DNA of 64,000 nt from Eledone cirrhosa. Its lineage: Eukaryota. The stretch is from NCBI GenBank assembly GCA_964016885.1, contig OZ024740.1:391964001-392028000 (forward strand). The letters are read 5' to 3'. The notes below the pieces were generated by a model. The model saw only the letters and a list, made by a program, of their open reading frames with translations. It did no database searches and had not been told where the DNA came from. Of this stretch, positions 56,351-64,000 are shown piece after piece (within the stretch, counting starts at the first letter, position 1; each line of letters opens with the position of its first letter). The translations under genes were made by a program, and so were the position numbers.

Positions 56351-56499
56351 CATACATACATACATACATACATACATACAGACATGTTTCTACCTGTGAA
56401 GATTTGCAAGACGTTGCAAAGTTTCTCTACTTGATTTTCCTGAAATGAGTAAAATCATACAACTACAACTGGCATGCACACATAAATAAAGAGTAATCA

Positions 56500-57830
56500 C
56501 ACACAATATTCCATCTCATCACAAAGTGCTGAACCACAGGATTGGATCAATGGTGTCTTTGTGGCCTTGTTCGAGGATAAAGGAGAGAAGGGAATTTGCG
56601 ATCACTACTGTGGCATCACTCTGTTAGAATCTGTGGGTAAATTTCTGGCTAGAATATTGTTGAATTGGTTGATGGAAGACATTTGTCCTTCAGTTTTCCC
56701 TTAATCACAGAGTGGATATAGATCAGACAGAAGGACGATTGATATGATATTCTCTGCAAGGCAGATATAGGAGAAATGCATTGAGCGGGTTTTTGTCGAT
56801 TTGACAAAGACCTTTGATACACCGTACAGAGGTGCGTTGTGGAAAATACTAGAGGAAGTAGGGTGCCCATCAAAGTTTATTAATATATTTGTGCAGCTGC
56901 ACAGATATATGAAGGCTCGGATTGTCTTTAATTAAGAATTGTCCAATGAAATCCCAGTTGACAATGGCGTGAAACAAGGAGATATCCAAGCTTCCACACT
57001 ATTCTCAATATTCTTTATTGTGCATTCCATGGCTGTAAGAAGGGTGTTCTATTACAACTTAGACCTAGAAGAAGACGAATCCTCAACATCATGTGTCAAC
57101 AAAAAATACCTGACACACAAATCCTTATTAAGGCTGGCTGCACAAGAATTGAATCTGCCACAATATCCTCTTACATGCCTTTGAGCAGGTCCTGTTGTAA
57201 ACTCCCAACATAACTATGTTATAGTTAATTGCACACTCGGAAATGCCCTCAGCACAAACTAAGAACAATATATAAAAGACTGCATAAAAACAATCTTAAG
57301 GGTCTATAGATTGAAGTTCAGAACTGGGAAGTGGTAGCTTTTAAGAAGGTTGAATAGAGAGGACATGTGAAGGAAGGCTGCAAAATGGTTGAAGAGAGCC
57401 GTCTAAACCATGTAAGACGTAGGTGTCAGCTTTGAATAGGCCACAGTTTGAACCTCAATAGGCCCATAAGGATCTGGACATGTGAAGTGTGTGGTCGTCT
57501 AATGCTCTCTAGATCTGGGTACATCACTCATCTAAAATCACATTAAAGACCAACTTTATGCAGCACTATCTCTCCAATACAAATTGAGACAACATGTGTG
57601 GTGTGCAGAAACATCTGAAGCACAATTTCTGTGAGTACATAAGGATGACATCCCATAAACTGTCCCAATCAATCCAATAGATGGCACATCTTTTGTCTTT
57701 CACATTTACTGCAGCTGGAATTAAAAGCCATCTAAGAGGTCATGAACAAACGTTTTGGTGGTGGAAAGTTACTGGTTGTATACAGAGAGACGGCAATCAT
57801 TTGCAAAGATGAAGCAATCACCATGTGTGT
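56500..57830 (+). pseudogene. Decayed, internally deleted RTE copy
   Basis: Remnants GITLLESVGKFLARILLN, FVDLTKTFD..ALWKIL..GCP, NGVKQGDI, finger CEVCGRLMLSRSGYITHLKSH and an RTE-like 3' end near 57790-57825; many stops and frameshifts. Confidence 0.82.
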
Positions 57831-58831
57831 GTGTATATATATGTATCAGAACAAAATAAGGAGCCAAAATGGAAGTAATATTCATCACTAAATCATATAG
57901 TGAGAGGAATCTATATCCTTGGCAGGGCTAAAGAGCCGTATTCATGCCACATATGTGTGAGAGGAGGATCAGGTGGTGGCAATTCTTGAAATCGAGATGC
58001 AGCCATCATATATGTATGCGTGTATGTGTGTATGTGTGTGTGTGCGTGTATGTGAGCGTGCGTGTGTGTGTGGGGCGTGTGTGGGGCGTGTGTGCGCGCG
58101 TGTGTGTGTGTGTGCGTGTGTGTGTGTGTTTAATAGTATCATATAATGATTGTATTAATAAAGTACTTAAAGCATACGACGTGAAACTATCGCGGCAGCT
58201 CGTCTACAATGAACCAATCAAATGTCACTTAAGAAAGTCTTTGTCATTTTTAACACCTTGGCGTGTACCACATATTATAAATATTAAAAGTTTTGATGTG
58301 CTGCATTGTAATAAAATGTGGATTTAGGTAAAAATTCTGGCTAGTTACCTTACTCAAACTGAAATGATAATGCTATTAACACAGTGAAGTGGAAAAGCAA
58401 AGCTACACTGGGTAGAATTTTGAAGTCAGATTCCACGTCATTTTGTCTACCGTTATTCAGATTCTGAAAAAATGCCGTAAAGCGGAAGTAAACAAAGAAA
58501 AAAAAACATTTGCACTGGTGCAAAGTCACAAGCGCACTACTTTGAAATAGTGGGTGTTTTTGTTTTGTTTTGGTGTTTTTGTTTGTTTTTTGGAGGTTTT
58601 GTTTTGCATCACCGAATAAAAGCTTCTTAACAGAAGCTACCAAAAACGTATAATGAAGCAGAGTACTAAAACAGTAACAGTAGAATATGTTGCTACTATT
58701 ATTCTTCTTGTTACAGCAAAAGCAGTTGCAACATATTGGCTTTAAATAAAGAAACAAGAGAAACTTTCCTCGTATAATAAATCAATAACCTCAGCTTTCC
58801 GAACTACTGCTTAGTCCAAGACACTTAATAA

Positions 58832-59173
58832 GACGCAGAATAGTCGAATGGCTAAGGAACTCGCTTCGCAATTATTAAGTCCATGTTTCGATCCCACAAG
58901 GGAACACCTTTGGCAAGTTTTATTCACCATACCTTTGGGCTGATTCCTACCTTGTGAGTGAAATTGGGTTGGTGGAAACTGTTTAGGTGCTCGTCAGATA
59001 AATTGTACCGGTAATTCAAAGGACCAACGTTGTCACACTTTCACTAAGAAGAATCTCCCTGAGAATTACATTAAGAGGACACGAATCTGTGGAATGTTCG
59101 GCCACTTTCATGGACAAGCTGTTCAATTGATCGAAAAACTGGAACATTCGTCGTGGAAACTGATGGAGGTCCA
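58832..59173 (+). mobile_element. Diverged tRNA-derived SINE of a second family (resembles octopus OR/CORE-type)
   Basis: A-box-like tagtcgaatgg, B-box-like gtttcgatccc, then ctttggcaagt..ccttgtgagtgaaattgg..ggaaactg. Family assignment is from recall. Confidence 0.6.
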
Positions 59174-60626
59174 TTCTAGTAGTATGACCAAATGCACACT
59201 AACTATTATGGATACAGGTGTTTATTTATAATCTGGGTAGAGAAGCTGATGTTGTGAAAGTCGTTGTCCATAAATATTCTTTTTCTTGCTGTTTTTGAAA
59301 GAAATGTTCGTATAGGCAGAACAATGTGCTTCTATAAAAATAGATAATTTTTTTTACATTATGTTCAAAATAACTGTATCAAGCCTGTTGGTGTTTACAT
59401 TTGGCGGAGATTTTTATGGCAATTGACCACGCATATTTCTTATATTGAAACGTAAGAACGCAACAGAGGAAATATTTTCTGTGTATGTCTGTGTTCACAC
59501 CCGACCCGTAAGGTGGATGCCGTTCTCTTCATTTTTGAGCAGGTATATGTATGTATATTTATGTTTTATATGATAACACACGTATATGCATATATAACAT
59601 CAGAAAATCGATAATAAAAAGTATATGAATTGATTAAATCTACTACCCCTTACCCTTTAAAATGTTTGGTATCATGACAAAGTTAGAAATCACTATTGTT
59701 GTTGCAATTAAAATCATTTGAAACATCTGATCTATTTATGTTTTCTTTCGCTTTGCTATTCTCTATCCAAAGATTGCAGCACTCATTTCTAATCATTCCG
59801 TGAGTAAACTTGTGAAAGACATGTTTGATCCAAAGGAGAAATTGTTCTCGGCGACTTAACGCCTTTAGTAAGTAGTAATTCATTCAAATATCTCCTGTTA
59901 ATGACTGACTAGTCATAACCTAGAATTGCTTCTGTTGATAAACGCTTATTGGTTCCCTGAAAACTTGAAAAGATATAGAATCTATCAAAATAATTACCTG
60001 CAGTTTCTTCAACAGAATGATTCTATGAAACTCAATTTGCGCAGCTACTGACTTTCCAAATTAAAAACAAATCAATGAAGTTTTATAAAACTTTTAAATG
60101 ATTTTATATGAAATAATTCACTTAAATGTTGATTGCTAATACTAGCTCAGAGTGACAAGTATAAGGGGCGGAGCATATTTGATTGAATCGAGTTTCAGTA
60201 TAATTCTGACAATATCTTTTTATTTTACCGGCTCCATAGAAATGAAAGAAGTTCACTAAAAAATTGATATCCTCTATCTACAATAGGACAGTTAATAAAG
60301 AAGTCGCCACCCTTTCTTTTCTTCTTGCATTTTGTCTTTGAAGGATAATAAAAGAAGGGAGGGGTCGTTCTGAACATTAATCACATGAAAATAACAAGTT
60401 TTATAATTAGGACGCTTCTTTTGAACTTACTATATTTCCAACTGAAGCGAACTAATCTAATATCTATGCTGCACAATAGAACGTATACAAGTGTTGTTTG
60501 TGGTGATTCATCTATTATATTGACAGAATTTATAGAAAATGCATTCTTCGAATGTTAGATGAAAATAGCTTTCGTTACTACACCACCCAAAATTGTATAG
60601 CTTGGTAATTAGGTCCCCATTTATAC

Positions 60627-60697
<71 letters not shown>

Positions 60698-60705
60698 CTA
60701 TCTCA

Positions 60706-60748
<43 letters not shown>

Positions 60749-61363
60749 TCCAAGGAAAACAGAAAGCCGAATTCCAAATATTCCTTTAATGTTGCAAAAA
60801 TCACAATACGTATTTTTATGGCCTGATTACGTCATCAGATCAGGGCGTAAGACCTTTGACAACGTCATCAGGTGTAAATTGCAAAGATTAAGTAATCAAT
60901 TACTTGATGACAGCAAACATAAATATAAAATAAAAATTAATTGGGAGGCGCCACGCTTGTCAGTGTGACTGTTGTGACGAACCGCTACCGAATGCCACAC
61001 ACTCATCAATGCTATGCATTGCAGGTTCTTAGACGCGACCAAGGATGGAGGGGTTGTTTTGTGGCGGCAGAATTCTGTCGTCACCGGATATGCTACGCTA
61101 TCAATTAGAACCATTTATTTGTTGTTTTTGCAACATTAGGAATCCGGCCTTCTGTTTTCATTGAAGTATTTAAGCCCATCCCTGCACCAACCACGAGATA
61201 TCACCTCTACAATGAAGGATATGTTGGGTGCATTTGCTTATTGCATCATGGTTTGCTAATCAAAATAACCAGATCTACCCATTACTTAAACCATTACAAG
61301 CGTGACCCTACTAAGACACTGTATTTATTTTGTTATATTTGTTCAACTATATATATATATATA

Positions 61364-61395
61364 ATAGCTGAATGAACCGGCGTTGCCCGGGTTAC
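61364..61395 (-). mobile_element. Helitron 3' terminus (same family as 41761-42551)
   Basis: Reverse complement cccgggcaacgccggttcattcagcta matches cccgagcaacgccgggccattctgcta. The 5' end could not be located confidently. Confidence 0.65.
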
Positions 61396-61736
61396 TGCTG
61401 TTCTTATTCAGATCAGTAATCAATAAATATGAAGATATATTTTTTTCTCATAATTATTTCAAAATATCTATATTTTATTTTAAGAAATATCAAAATAGTA
61501 ATGATAATAGAATTTAGAAATGAAAATCTGTCAAACTTGAAGCACCTCAGGGTAAACAATATTCATTGTGTAATTTTTTGTTGGTATCCAAATAAATAAA
61601 TTGTTACCGCTTCCAACTCGTGAGCAACCGGCATAGAGTTGACAGGGCGAGAAACATGTAAGAGAGATCAAGTCCAACTACCTTGACTGAGTGAACCGGA
61701 GATTTGTAAATTGAAATCTCAAAATTTCGTTTGACT

Positions 61737-61799
<63 letters not shown>

Positions 61800-61822
61800 G
61801 TGTGTGTGTGTATGTGTATATG

Positions 61823-61937
<115 letters not shown>

Positions 61938-62145
61938 ATATATATATATATCAAGTAAGTATGTTTTGAAGCAGTGAGCGAGTTTGAAATTAGAAATATA
62001 AGCTTTCACCGTACTTTTGACTAAAGAAATTTTTAGCCTGATAGTGGGGTTTAGAACCCTCAGAGAAATGGAAAAATAGTATTGAAATGAGTATTGGCGT
62101 ACATGTATATATAGAAGTGGTTACACAACAGTTAGTTCACCATAC

Positions 62146-62183
62146 CGAGAACAATTGTTTCACCTTAGCGGATCTTCAGCTCA
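62146..62183 (-). ncRNA. Minimal type I hammerhead motif
   Basis: UGAG-CUGAAGA-UCC(GCUAA)GGU-GAAA-CAAUUG-UU-CUCG; palindromic stem III. Confidence 0.72.
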
Positions 62184-62338
62184 TAATGGACATGGTTATA
62201 CTGAACAGGAAGGACAACCGTACGAACGCGCATGCGCAGAAACGATCACTTTACAGGCAATACTAAAATGCGTGATAACTGCGAAAGTGGGAGGGTGGTA
62301 TGAGTCTTGTGAATGTAATTGAGTTTTTCGTTTAGCTT

Positions 62339-62572
62339 ATGGAATGGCGCCTCAAGGACTCAAGTATAGACTACTCCATTCAATGGAAAGCTATCACTAA
62401 GTCCAAGCCATACGCAAGGGAAAATCCGTCGTGTGGACTATGTATTGATGAACGAATAAATATTCTAAAGAGATTATGCAATAGCGATTGCCTAAACACG
62501 AGAAATGAATTCTTCACACATTGTCCACACGTCTCGAAACACCTCTTACGTAACTACAAAGGTCCGGATTGA
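62339..62572 (+). pseudogene. C-terminal fragment of a PLE GIY-YIG endonuclease
   Basis: W.LK....YSIQW......PY......CGLCIDER..I......LN.RNE....CPH..K.LL, a pattern typical of PLE endonuclease C-termini. Confidence 0.8.
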
Positions 62573-62736
62573 ATAACAACATCCTAATTTTTCTATCAAC
62601 TGGAAACTTTTCGGACTTTCGCAGTTATCTCCCTTACACCTTTCGCACGCATTTTAGTATTGCCTGTGAAGTGATCGTTTCTGCGCATGCGCGTTCGTAC
62701 GGTTGTCCTTCCTGTTCCGTATAACCATGTCCATTA

Positions 62737-62774
62737 CGAGCTGAAGATCCGCTAAGGTGAAACTATTGTTCCAG
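62737..62774 (+). ncRNA. Hammerhead motif, sense copy with disrupted stem I
   Basis: CGAG-CUGAAGA-UCCGCUAAGGU-GAAAC-UAUU-GUU-CCAG. Confidence 0.55.
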
Positions 62775-63094
62775 GTATGGTGAACTAACTGTTGTGTAAC
62801 CACTTCCACATAACACGTCCCATGGACTGAGTGCTCTACCACTACGGATATTACCTTCCAGTGTACTACCACTATATATATATATGTGAGAAAAACCACA
62901 GACCCTCCATCTCAACTCTACTTTTGAAAAGCAGAAGAACAGCGAAACCGGTAAAGGAACCAAATAAATATATATATTTTTTAAAAAAATAAGACTCCAG
63001 TTGCATTTTCGATTTCATCTCTTTTTCTTTATACTTTCACTCGTGTAGGACACCTCGGTTATTTTTCAATTTGTAAAAAAAAACTCACTTTCTA

Positions 63095-64000
<906 letters not shown>

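Larger units (their letters stand above)
62114..62870 (+). mobile_element. 5'-truncated Penelope-like element with inverted terminal duplication
   Basis: 62114-62288 is the reverse complement of ~62615-62806. Both arms carry a hammerhead and enclose an endonuclease ORF tail. Confidence 0.85.

Noticed and set aside
60822-60875. Two ctgatgacgt motifs on the minus strand as hammerhead cores
   Set aside because: No appropriately placed GAAA/NUH or stems; could be CRE-like sites but unsupported.
62921-62956. Decayed minimal hammerhead (ttgaaaa..gcgaaaccggta)
   Set aside because: Two core substitutions and no proper stem II; possibly a relic but not callable.

Overview
Eukaryotic, AT-rich, microsatellite-dense DNA with no recognisable host gene. 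The SINE families resemble those known from octopods, so a cephalopod source is inferred but not proven. Positions 1-26.9 kb are a 12-bp satellite (GATGGTAGTGGT)n with kb-scale higher-order duplications; its giant ORFs are probably by-products of the repeat unit. Positions 27-64 kb are mostly transposon remains: a near full-length RTE LINE with three C-terminal C2H2 fingers, RTE-derived bipartite non-autonomous copies, two R4/Dong-clade fragments in different microsatellites, a Helitron and tRNA-type SINEs. The most notable signal is absent from the ORF track: about a dozen type I hammerhead-ribozyme motifs of several unrelated sequence families, folded by eye. Many lie in fold-back or inverted-repeat elements, and two of those elements retain the C-terminus of a Penelope-like (PLE) GIY-YIG endonuclease. 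All structures and family assignments were made by inspection, not by database search.
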